Shown in pieces: positions 1 to 7,079 of a DNA stretch of 19,889 bases. The DNA lies in the UHGV virus genome UHGV-0130218; one strand, 5' to 3'. A program made the translations under genes and the position numbers. The stretch's first letter is position 1; every line of letters begins with the position of its first letter. The notes beneath the pieces were generated by a model. The model was not told the DNA's origin, searched no databases, and saw nothing but the letters and a program-made list of their open reading frames with translations. This DNA comes from a virus.

Positions 1-9
1 GTTGCCGAT

Positions 10-35
10 CTGAGGTCGGTTAAGTCGCTGCGGGT
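10..35. repeat. Direct repeat copy 1 (partner at 1323-1348)
   Basis: Seen in sequence: 10-35 ctgaggtcggttaagtcgctgcgggt versus 1323-1348 ttgaggttggttatgtcgctgcgggc, with a 24-nt core differing at 2 positions. On the minus strand each copy overlaps a stop codon preceded by codons for ...PAAT. Confidence 0.7.
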
Positions 36-49
36 TTGTCTGCCTGTAG

Positions 50-349
50 CTACTTCGAAGAAAGGGCAAGTTTGCGCACAGTCGTCAGGAAATTGAATGG
101 GGTTGAATCCCACAACTCAGGTGAAAAATCAAATCCATACCGGCTTTTGAACTCCTCATCCAGCCTGTCTCCGTAAAGCACAAGGAAAGAATCGACCTCT
201 TCGGCTAACTCTTTTAACATCCAGTCGGGAGCTGTTTTTTTATAGAGTTCAACAGTGCCTTCAATAGTATCCTCTCCCTCATTTATGAGGTCATGATCCT
301 GATTGAAATAACCCTGAATCAGCTGATCAAGATGATAGAAACTTTGCAT
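50..349 (-). CDS. Putative immunity protein of the adjacent toxin-like ORF
   Basis: 99-aa ORF that starts 12 nt downstream of the toxin-like ORF on the same strand. Small, acidic (D/E-rich), no catalytic motif, as is typical of immunity partners of nuclease toxins. Family not assignable by eye. Confidence 0.45.
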   Translation of the reverse strand: MQSFYHLDQLIQGYFNQDHDLINEGEDTIEGTVELYKKTAPDWMLKELAEEVDSFLVLYGDRLDEEFKSRYGFDFSPELWDSTPFNFLTTVRKLALSSK

Positions 350-361
350 AATCCACCTGTC

Positions 362-1207
362 CTATGGGGTCGGGAATGCTGTAAGGATATAGTAAGGTTT
401 TCCGTTATACTCTTGCAATTCGATAACAATCCTCACTCCACGCATGCTGATGCGCTGTGTGCTGCCTCGCGTGAATCCATACCCAACCTCCTGACCGGCA
501 GAATAATTGATGGTAAGGCGTCCACCAATTTTACCACCTCCGAGTAACGATTTGATATTTGCCCGGTTAAGATAGACCGCCCTCGAAATAACATTTTCAG
601 CAACATTTAAGTCTTTAAACGTTGAAGACATAACAAGTCGCTTATTTTTCTCGAATCGGGCAAGTAACTCACTGTCAGTTTTTCCGACATGATTTGCGAG
701 TGTATGGCCGCCGGGTTTAAGACCCGTAACTGATTCATGCTGGATCAATTTGATGCGACCAGCTTTAATTGCAGCTACACGGACGGCACCAATAGCAGCT
801 GCAAATCCAAGCGGAACGGCTATATCAACTGTCATGCCGATATTGAGGGCGGTGTCTTCATCGGCACCAAGTTCTCTTGCCGCGCTTACAGCAATTTGCC
901 AGGTGGCTGAGCGCGTATCACGACCGGTTATTAGCTGTCTGGCTGCGCTTTGAACAGCGTCAAGACTATGTGCACCAACAACCACACATCCCGCTTTCGT
1001 TAGTCCTGTTGGTTCTGGCGCGATACATAGTGCCGTGGCACCGGCCATTTCTACCGCTCCGAGTAAAACGCCAAGTCCCCCCAACAGTCGGTTACTCAGC
1101 GTTTCCGCCTCTGTAATGCTTTTATCTGAAAGCACCGCCGCCAGCTGTACCGGTGACATAACAACGACCATTCCACCTTCTTCCATAACAGTATCCCATC
1201 CCTCCAT
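362..1207 (-). CDS. Putative polymorphic-toxin-like protein (Gly/Ala-rich pre-toxin segment ending in TG plus C-terminal nuclease-like domain)
   Basis: 281-aa ORF. N-terminal part has a Gly/Ala-rich hydrophobic segment (LLGGLGVLLGAVEMAGATALCIAPEPTGL...AARQLITG) resembling pre-toxin TG domains. C-terminal ~130 aa carries GGHTLANHVGK (His-x4-His-x2-Lys), reminiscent of EndoU/RNase-type toxin domains. No secretion or delivery domain is present, and the upstream frame closes 17 codons before the ATG. Confidence 0.5.
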   Translation of the reverse strand: MEGWDTVMEEGGMVVVMSPVQLAAVLSDKSITEAETLSNRLLGGLGVLLGAVEMAGATALCIAPEPTGLTKAGCVVVGAHSLDAVQSAARQLITGRDTRSATWQIAVSAARELGADEDTALNIGMTVDIAVPLGFAAAIGAVRVAAIKAGRIKLIQHESVTGLKPGGHTLANHVGKTDSELLARFEKNKRLVMSSTFKDLNVAENVISRAVYLNRANIKSLLGGGKIGGRLTINYSAGQEVGYGFTRGSTQRISMRGVRIVIELQEYNGKPYYILTAFPTP

Positions 1208-1322
1208 ATCCTGACTCGATAATAGCCAAAACTTTCTTCGGTTGATAAGAGTAAATTACTGGCTTTTCTTATTTATTTGAACTCATCATATTCAGCTGAG
1301 ATAAAAAGACGGCTGTTGCTGG

Positions 1323-1348
1323 TTGAGGTTGGTTATGTCGCTGCGGGC
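1323..1348. repeat. Direct repeat copy 2 (partner at 10-35)
   Basis: See copy 1. This copy overlaps the stop codon of the 63-aa ORF ending ...DEPAAT. Confidence 0.7.
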
Positions 1349-1524
1349 TCGTCGCATGTCGGCAGCCAGTCGTCGTAGCTTTCTTCTTTCAGTGACGGGT
1401 TGGTCTGTATCTCCTGCTTTATGTTCCGCTTCTCATGATTCAGGCCGTACTCTTTCAGCATCATGGGCAGCCCCTGCCCGAACATTTTCAGGCTGAGCAC
1501 CTTTCTGTATCCGTTAGCCTTCAT
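1333..1524 (-). CDS. Hypothetical 63-aa protein whose 3' end is duplicated downstream of the immunity ORF
   Basis: ORF with ATG start ending ...SYDDWLPTCDEPAAT. The last ~45 nt are related with indels to the sequence just past the immunity ORF stop, which encodes LQADKPAAT-stop in frame. No recognisable domain. Confidence 0.25.
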   Translation of the reverse strand: MKANGYRKVLSLKMFGQGLPMMLKEYGLNHEKRNIKQEIQTNPSLKEESYDDWLPTCDEPAAT

Positions 1525-1675
1525 ATGCGTATTCCGATGATTCCGGTGTTTTCGATCGCGCTTTTCGCGCTTTCCTGCTGCGCATTCGCGCTCTCGAAAT
1601 GAAGGGGGAGAGCGCGCCGCAGTCCGCGGCCATCGACGAGCTGCCGATGCGCTAAGTCGTCAGGGCAGCTTCGAT

Positions 1676-1819
1676 ATGAATCAGGAGCCGGTATTGTCCG
1701 TGACGGGTATGCACCGGCCGCAGATTACTGACGTTGATACGGAGCTGTTACGCAGCCCTGCGAAGAGGATGATGCTTGCCAGAAAGCTGGCTGAAAATGG
1801 CGAGACAAAAGCGGAGGAG
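1676..1819 (+). pseudogene. Short ORF abutting ogr/delta, possibly the C-terminal remnant of a truncated upstream late gene (sid-like position)
   Basis: 47-codon frame (MNQEPVLSVTGMHRPQITDVDTELLRSPAKRMMLARKLAENGETKAEE) ending 5 nt before the ogr/delta ATG. The frame is closed upstream at 1655-1657. The sid assignment is by position only. Confidence 0.2.
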
Positions 1820-1824
1820 TAAGC

Positions 1825-2043
1825 ATGTTTCACTGGCCGTTCTGCAAAACCAGCGCGCATTCCCGCACCAGTCGGTATCTGTCCGATAACGTCAAACAGC
1901 GCTATCACCAGTGCATGAACATAGAGTGCTCGGCCACGTTCCGCACGCTTGAATCCATCGACGGGGTTATTCGTTCACCGGCAACAGAGCCGGTCATCCC
2001 TGCACCCGCACCGGCGGCCACCGTTAACCGTGCCGGTGCGTAA
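1825..2043 (+). CDS. ogr: Ogr/Delta-family zinc-finger late-gene transcription activator (P2/P4 type)
   Basis: 72 aa. MFHWPFCKTSAHSRTSRYLSDNVKQRYHQCMNIECSATF matches the Ogr/Delta signature (P2 Ogr as I recall it: MFHCPLC...RTSRY...RYHQCQN.NCSATF). RBS ggagga lies 8 nt upstream. The first Cys ligand position is W (TGG). Confidence 0.85.
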   Translation: MFHWPFCKTSAHSRTSRYLSDNVKQRYHQCMNIECSATFRTLESIDGVIRSPATEPVIPAPAPAATVNRAGA

Positions 2044-2409
2044 GCACGGCCAGTTATCAGGAGAAACATACGTGACCACACTGACGCTACATAAATTATT
2101 CGGCGCAGGATAATGACATTTTAACGGTCATCGGATTCAGGCCTGACGCGGCTTCGCGCGATGATAGTCGTGAAAAATTCACACCCGCACAGAACCTGAA
2201 TTACACACGCCGCCGTGCAGAACTGGCCGTGCAGTAGTCCGCTTAAAAATCCCCGAAAATCCCGCCATTTTTACTTATAAGAGCCATGCATGCATAGGTG
2301 CATGGTTTTGCATGCGTTTTACCGACACTGAATTCCCCGCCAGCGCCAGCACTGGCGCGCTCTGAGGCCGGTCATGCGCCTGCATTAAAAGCGCCCCCTT
2401 AAGCGGGCA

Positions 2410-2428
2410 GGCGTGGCGGGGAGAGCAT
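2410..2428 (+). other. cos-like 19-mer (P2/P4 cohesive-end-like)
   Basis: GGCGTGGCGGGGAGAGCAT matches 16 of 19 positions of the P2/P4 cohesive-end sequence as I recall it (GGCGAGGCGGGGAAAGCAC). It sits where P4 has cos, between the delta/psu late genes and the int-proximal region. Confidence 0.4.
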
Positions 2429-2505
2429 TGCGCGCCAAAAGGCTTGAAAGGAATTCTTCACGGAGGCAATATTAAGATAATATAAACTTAAGTCAGGACG
2501 ATTGT

Positions 2506-2754
2506 ATGTATGATCAGTCTTTCAATCCGCGCACACTCTCACGATGTTTCAAACCTGAGGATTTCCATAAAAATAGAGCATTAAGTCTAGACAGTGTTCG
2601 AGAAAAGACTATTAACTCGGCTATCGAAAGATATAAGGATGGGTTCTTGGGTTATAATTTACGCTCATCCGTTTTAAGAGGGAAAACAGTATATTGGGCC
2701 GATGAGTTAGCTGATGTATTGGTCTTGAGGAAAATTAAAAAAAAATTTATCTAA
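2506..2754 (+). CDS. Reverse transcriptase, N-terminal (fingers) segment; frame ends inside an A9 tract
   Basis: ATG with RBS agga 8 nt upstream. 82 codons encoding ...GYNLRSSVLRGKTVYWADELADVLVLRKIKKK, consistent with RT motifs 1/2. Stops at 2752-2754, just after the A9 run at 2737-2745. Confidence 0.6.
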   Translation: MYDQSFNPRTLSRCFKPEDFHKNRALSLDSVREKTINSAIERYKDGFLGYNLRSSVLRGKTVYWADELADVLVLRKIKKKFI

Positions 2755-2845
2755 GCTATATCAATTAAGATTACCTTCTCGAACAAAGATTGTTGATACA
2801 TTAAAGGTTTTTTTATCAGAGTGTTCACAGTATAAAATATACAGA

Positions 2846-3769
2846 TTGGATATATTTTCATTTTATGAATCTTTCGATAAAAACTATATATTTAATAAAA
2901 TAGATGGATTGGAGCGGTTAGAGCTTAAAACAAAGCAGGTTCTAAAGGAATTTCTTTATTCATTCTATCTGAATGGTGGGCAAGGAATACCAAGAGGATT
3001 GTCAATCAGTGCATACTTGGCAGAGTTACTAATGTATGATTTCGATAATCAAGTGAAAGATAACCACTCTGTTTTTTATTATGCTAGGTATGTAGATGAT
3101 ATAGTTATTGTCACTAGTGGTTACGAAGATAGTGATGCTTTTATTGAGAATGTAAAATCAAACCTTCCAAATGGATTGCGTTTTAATGAAGGGAAGAAAT
3201 ATTATATTAGCGATTTAATTCCAAAATCTTCCAAAAAAACAAACCGTGCACCCTCCAAAAAATTGTTATCCTTTGAATATTTAGGGTACGATTTTAGCGT
3301 GGGAGATAAAATTGAAGAGTGCAATATAAGAGGATTCTATAGGGTAATTGAAATTGATCTTGCACATGCAAAGGCTAATAAAGTAAAAAGTAGAGTGATT
3401 TATTCGATTGTTGATTTTAATAAAACCAATGATTTTGAGTTGCTATGTGAAAGACTAAAATTCCTGTCCACAAACTTTAGTGTTTTAGATTCAGATAGAG
3501 TATTAAAACGGTTGTCGGGCATTCATTTTAATTATCCTCTTATTGATGCTAAATCTTCTAAGCGCCTTGCTGAACTTGATGTGTTTTTAAGAAAGGCTGT
3601 ATTATCATCTAGTGGTAAGGTTTTCTTTGATTTTCATGCGAACTTAAACCAATGCAAAAAATATCGATTACTTAAGATTAGTTTTGTTAGAGGCCATGAG
3701 AAACGTCATTTTTTTCATTATTCAGCTTCAAAAATGATGAAAATTCAAAGGTGTTGGAAATATGTCTAA
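2846..3769 (+). CDS. Reverse transcriptase, palm/thumb segment (the frame is open from 2729, so it is likely continuous with 2506-2754 after a +1 shift)
   Basis: RT motif A YRLDIFSFYESFDKNYIF, motif B QGIPRGLSISAYLAELLMYDFD, motif C YYARYVDDIVIV, motif D/E LRFNEGKKYYIS. No ATG or GTG precedes these motifs in this frame; the ORF track uses TTG at 2846. AT-rich. Confidence 0.8.
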   Translation: MDIFSFYESFDKNYIFNKIDGLERLELKTKQVLKEFLYSFYLNGGQGIPRGLSISAYLAELLMYDFDNQVKDNHSVFYYARYVDDIVIVTSGYEDSDAFIENVKSNLPNGLRFNEGKKYYISDLIPKSSKKTNRAPSKKLLSFEYLGYDFSVGDKIEECNIRGFYRVIEIDLAHAKANKVKSRVIYSIVDFNKTNDFELLCERLKFLSTNFSVLDSDRVLKRLSGIHFNYPLIDAKSSKRLAELDVFLRKAVLSSSGKVFFDFHANLNQCKKYRLLKISFVRGHEKRHFFHYSASKMMKIQRCWKYV

Positions 3770-5714
3770 AAAAAAGGAAGTAAGAGTTAATAAAAAAGAT
3801 TTTAATAGGGTTTTAGTTACTGAAACCATACCCTATGAAACGCCTATAATAGTGTCCAATGATGGTTTTTATAACAATGTAGTTAAATATACAACGGCCA
3901 ATGATACTGCTAAGGTATTGATTCAAAGAATAATTCTAGGGGAAAAGAAGAAAGGTAGGTATACGATTCCCTATGTTTTTAAAATTAATAAAAATGAGAC
4001 GGAGTTTCGACGTTTAGCCTTTCCACACCCCATATCTCAGATTGAAATGCGGGATTTTTATCTCCATTTTAATCAAATGATGATCAATTTTTGTTCCCGT
4101 AGTGATTTTTCTATTCGGCGACCGGTGAAGGTTGCAAGTACATATTATTATAAGAACTTATTGGAAGACAAGAATTTATATAAGAGAGGGCCTGTTGATA
4201 CCGACAAAAATGAACTATTAACTCGGCATGCTTCTTCATATTTTGGCTATCACGGATATGATCGCCTGTATAAGTTCTTTATGTCTAATGAGTTTATTGA
4301 CCTTGAGCGTAAATATAATACGCTATATACATTAGATGTTTCAAAATGTTTCGACAGTATCTATACTCATTCAATTTCTTGGGCTGCAAAAACCAAGACT
4401 TTCATTAAAGGGATGTTAGCTAATAAATCATTAAACTTTGGTGATGCTTTTGATAAATTAATGCAACGTTGCAACTTTAACGAAACCCATGGTGTAATTA
4501 TCGGTCCAGAAATTAGTCGAATATTCGCTGAGGTTATATTTCAAAAAATAGATTTAAATGTTCAGTTTAAATTAAATAATATCGAGCCATCGATACGTAA
4601 GGGTATCGATTATGATATTCGCCGTTATGTTGATGATGTTTTTATTTTTGCTAAAAATGAAACTAATGCCGAAATTATATATAAGATTTACACTGATAAA
4701 CTGAATGAATATAACATGCATATAAATTTGGGTAAAGTAACAAAAAACACTCGACCTTTTATCACAGCAAAAACGCAAATTATACATCACGTCAATCAAA
4801 GAATGAATTTATTTATTGAATCTTTTCTTGGTTATGATGATGAAATGAAATTAATCGCAAAGCCAATATATAACAATAGGAAGTTAGCTAACAAATTTAT
4901 AGATGAGGTGAAAATAATATGTGCTGAAAATAATGCGGGATATGGTGAGGTTGCTTCTTATATTGTGTCGGCGATTTTTGAAAGAATTAAAAGATTAACT
5001 TCTTCAGTTAATCAAGTCGAAGATAAAGATATATACAATGCAATGTATGTTTTGCTCCATATTTCATTGTTCTTTTTCAGAGTTGCTCCGTCTGTTAGTT
5101 CATCATATAAATTGGCTTCAATACTTATCGTGGCTCTCAGATATTTTAAGGCTAAAGTACCATCATACAGTGAGCTTATAGCATCATATGTTTATTTTGA
5201 AATTGAAGACTTTCTTAAATCTGCTAATACTAGCAAAGTAGCCATAGATAATCTAATTAGTCTTGAGGCATATAATATTATGTATGTTATAGGTGAGCTA
5301 GATCAAGAACGATATTTATCAAAACAGTTGATTGAGAACATTTTTAGTGAAGTTGATTCTTATTTTGATATAGTGTCCTGTCTATATATCGTAAAGGATA
5401 AGAAAGTTTATAATACACTTAAAAATAAAATTATTGATATTATTAACTCCAAGTTAATGTCAAGTGATAGTATTTTGGATTATAGTGAAAAGGCAATGCT
5501 CTTTTTGGATGTTATGTCTTGCCCTTATATTGATTTAAAATGGAAAAAAATATGGTTGAAATCAACTTTAAAAGAATTGCAAGAAGCTACTCCTAACAAT
5601 GAAAAAATAGATAGTTTTATCAGTTATTCTGTAGCGAATCCTTGGTTTGTGGACTGGAGTAATGTCGATCTTTTGAATTTCTTAGAAAAAAAACAATTGA
5701 AAAAAGCCTATTGA
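3762..5714 (+). CDS. Reverse transcriptase with long alpha-helical C-terminal extension (UG/Abi-type, defence-associated RT-like)
   Basis: 650 aa. Motif A YTLDVSKCFDSIYTHSI, motif B HGVIIGPEISRIFAEVIF, motif C RRYVDDVFIFAKN, followed by ~300 aa of predicted helical sequence. Its ATG overlaps the upstream RT stop by 8 nt, indicating translational coupling. AT-rich. Confidence 0.85.
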   Translation: MSKKKEVRVNKKDFNRVLVTETIPYETPIIVSNDGFYNNVVKYTTANDTAKVLIQRIILGEKKKGRYTIPYVFKINKNETEFRRLAFPHPISQIEMRDFYLHFNQMMINFCSRSDFSIRRPVKVASTYYYKNLLEDKNLYKRGPVDTDKNELLTRHASSYFGYHGYDRLYKFFMSNEFIDLERKYNTLYTLDVSKCFDSIYTHSISWAAKTKTFIKGMLANKSLNFGDAFDKLMQRCNFNETHGVIIGPEISRIFAEVIFQKIDLNVQFKLNNIEPSIRKGIDYDIRRYVDDVFIFAKNETNAEIIYKIYTDKLNEYNMHINLGKVTKNTRPFITAKTQIIHHVNQRMNLFIESFLGYDDEMKLIAKPIYNNRKLANKFIDEVKIICAENNAGYGEVASYIVSAIFERIKRLTSSVNQVEDKDIYNAMYVLLHISLFFFRVAPSVSSSYKLASILIVALRYFKAKVPSYSELIASYVYFEIEDFLKSANTSKVAIDNLISLEAYNIMYVIGELDQERYLSKQLIENIFSEVDSYFDIVSCLYIVKDKKVYNTLKNKIIDIINSKLMSSDSILDYSEKAMLFLDVMSCPYIDLKWKKIWLKSTLKELQEATPNNEKIDSFISYSVANPWFVDWSNVDLLNFLEKKQLKKAY

Positions 5715-5880
5715 ATTGCTAATTTGTTGTTGAAGCAACCAATATGCCCTACACGATTTTTCGATATACTAGGGCTGATTACGGTAGGTAAGTTGCATGT
5801 AACCTGGCCTACCTTATGACGCTCAAGAGCAGAAATGCACACACTAAGGGATGAGGTTGCTTCAACCCCTTTTATTTTCT
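5715..5880 (+). ncRNA. Candidate structured non-coding RNA downstream of the RT operon
   Basis: 5729-5740 GTTGAAGCAACC and 5855-5866 GGTTGCTTCAAC are perfect reverse complements (12 bp), enclosing ~115 nt with internal stems such as 5784-5789 GGTAGG / 5808-5813 CCTACC. A T-rich tail follows. No ORF. Confidence 0.35.
5848..5880 (+). terminator. Putative intrinsic terminator for the RT operon
   Basis: Stem GGTTG-CTT-CAACC at 5855-5867 followed by CCTTTTATTTTCT. The int stop codon (5862-5864 on the minus strand) lies in the loop. Confidence 0.4.
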
Positions 5881-7058
5881 ACAAAATTCCCCCACCACAG
5901 CATCAGCTCTACTCTTTGTTGCAAATAGACAGAGCGGTTGTATGCTCTTCGTACCTCATTCTTATCAGAATGAGCTAGTGCTGCTTCAATGACGTCTGGA
6001 TTAAATCCTTCTTCATTAAGCGTCGTGCTAGCTATCGAGCGTAAGCCATGAGCAACTAGCTTCCCATTCCAGCCAACTCTTTTTAGTGCAGCATTAGCCG
6101 TCTGGCTATTCATAGCTTTCTTAGGGTCATTTCTACTTGGAAAAACATGATCACGGTGCTTACTGATGGGTGCCATGATCTCAAGAATATAAAGCGCCTG
6201 AGGAGATAGAGGAATTAAATGTTCACGCTTCGCTTTCATCCTTTCGGCGGGGATTGTCCAGAGTTTTGAGTCGAGATCGATCTCTTCCCACCTGGTACCG
6301 GAGGCTTCAGAAGGGCGTACAAGGGTTAGGAGTTGCCACTCAATTAGACAGCGAGTAGGAACAGACAGATTTGACATAACCAAAGAACGCATCAGACTTG
6401 GTAATTCTTCTGGTCTAAGCGTAGGCATATTTTGCTTTTTAGGCCTCTCAAAAGCCATTCCAACTCCTGAGGTTGGGTTTGCGTCAATCAAGCCGGTATT
6501 TACCGCGTAAATCATAATCTCATTAATACGCTGTACCAGACGACGAACAGTCTCCAGAGCACCACGCGCTTTGATTGGCTCTAATGCTTCAACAATTGTT
6601 CTGGCCTTAATCTCCTGAACAGGTATCGTGCCTATTGCAGGGAAAACGTCCTTGTCTAAAGATCGCCAAATATCTTTTGCATAGTCTTCGGTGACGCTTT
6701 TGCTCTTCATTTTGAACCAGTTGGTGGCCACAGTTGAGAAAATGCTATCCAGCTCTATCTGACGCTTTTCTGATGCATGCTCTTGTTGCTGTTGTGGATC
6801 CATATCTAGCGCGAGCATGGTTAAGTGCTGGTCGCGTATCTGACGAGCTGCTGCGAGTGTAAAGGCAGGGTATGAGCCGAGACTCAAATTTGTGCGGCTG
6901 CTGCTTCCCGGTCGTTGATAACGGAAGCGCCAGAGTTTTTTGCCGGAGGTTTTTACGAGTAAGAACAGGCCATCACCATCATGCAGGGTGAAGTCTTTTT
7001 CGCGGGGTTTTGCTTTGAGGATTTCGTTGTTAGTGAGGGGGCGTGTAATGCGCGCCAT
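5862..7058 (-). CDS. int: P4-type tyrosine integrase
   Basis: 398 aa. N-terminus LTNNEILKAKPREKDFTLHDGDGLFLLVKTSGKKLWRFRYQRPG is typical of P4-family integrase arm-binding domains. The C-terminal catalytic region has HGLRS...LAHSDKNEVRRAYNRSVYL (R, H-x-x-R, Y). RBS aggga upstream. It is adjacent to a tmRNA 3' fragment, as with CP4-57 intA. Confidence 0.9.
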   Translation of the reverse strand: MARITRPLTNNEILKAKPREKDFTLHDGDGLFLLVKTSGKKLWRFRYQRPGSSSRTNLSLGSYPAFTLAAARQIRDQHLTMLALDMDPQQQQEHASEKRQIELDSIFSTVATNWFKMKSKSVTEDYAKDIWRSLDKDVFPAIGTIPVQEIKARTIVEALEPIKARGALETVRRLVQRINEIMIYAVNTGLIDANPTSGVGMAFERPKKQNMPTLRPEELPSLMRSLVMSNLSVPTRCLIEWQLLTLVRPSEASGTRWEEIDLDSKLWTIPAERMKAKREHLIPLSPQALYILEIMAPISKHRDHVFPSRNDPKKAMNSQTANAALKRVGWNGKLVAHGLRSIASTTLNEEGFNPDVIEAALAHSDKNEVRRAYNRSVYLQQRVELMLWWGNFVENKRG

Positions 7059-7079
7059 GTCTGGATCCCTTCCATAATT

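Noticed and set aside
750-1116. Plus-strand ORFs of 67 and 79 aa
   Set aside because: Antisense, embedded in the toxin-like gene; GC-rich shadow frames.
1681-1908. 75-aa minus-strand ORF
   Set aside because: Antisense to the Ogr/Delta gene and the remnant ORF; likely spurious.
2044-2505. psu-like gene downstream of ogr/delta
   Set aside because: No ORF of adequate length in any frame; the longest frames are under 20 codons.
4572-4799. 75-aa minus-strand ORF
   Set aside because: Antisense within the second RT gene; AT-rich shadow frame.
2506-5714. Retron or group II intron RT
   Set aside because: Two RT genes in tandem; the second is 650 aa with a long helical extension; there is no intron RNA domain structure, maturase X/En domain or upstream msr/msd-like element. 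This is a judgement from architecture only.
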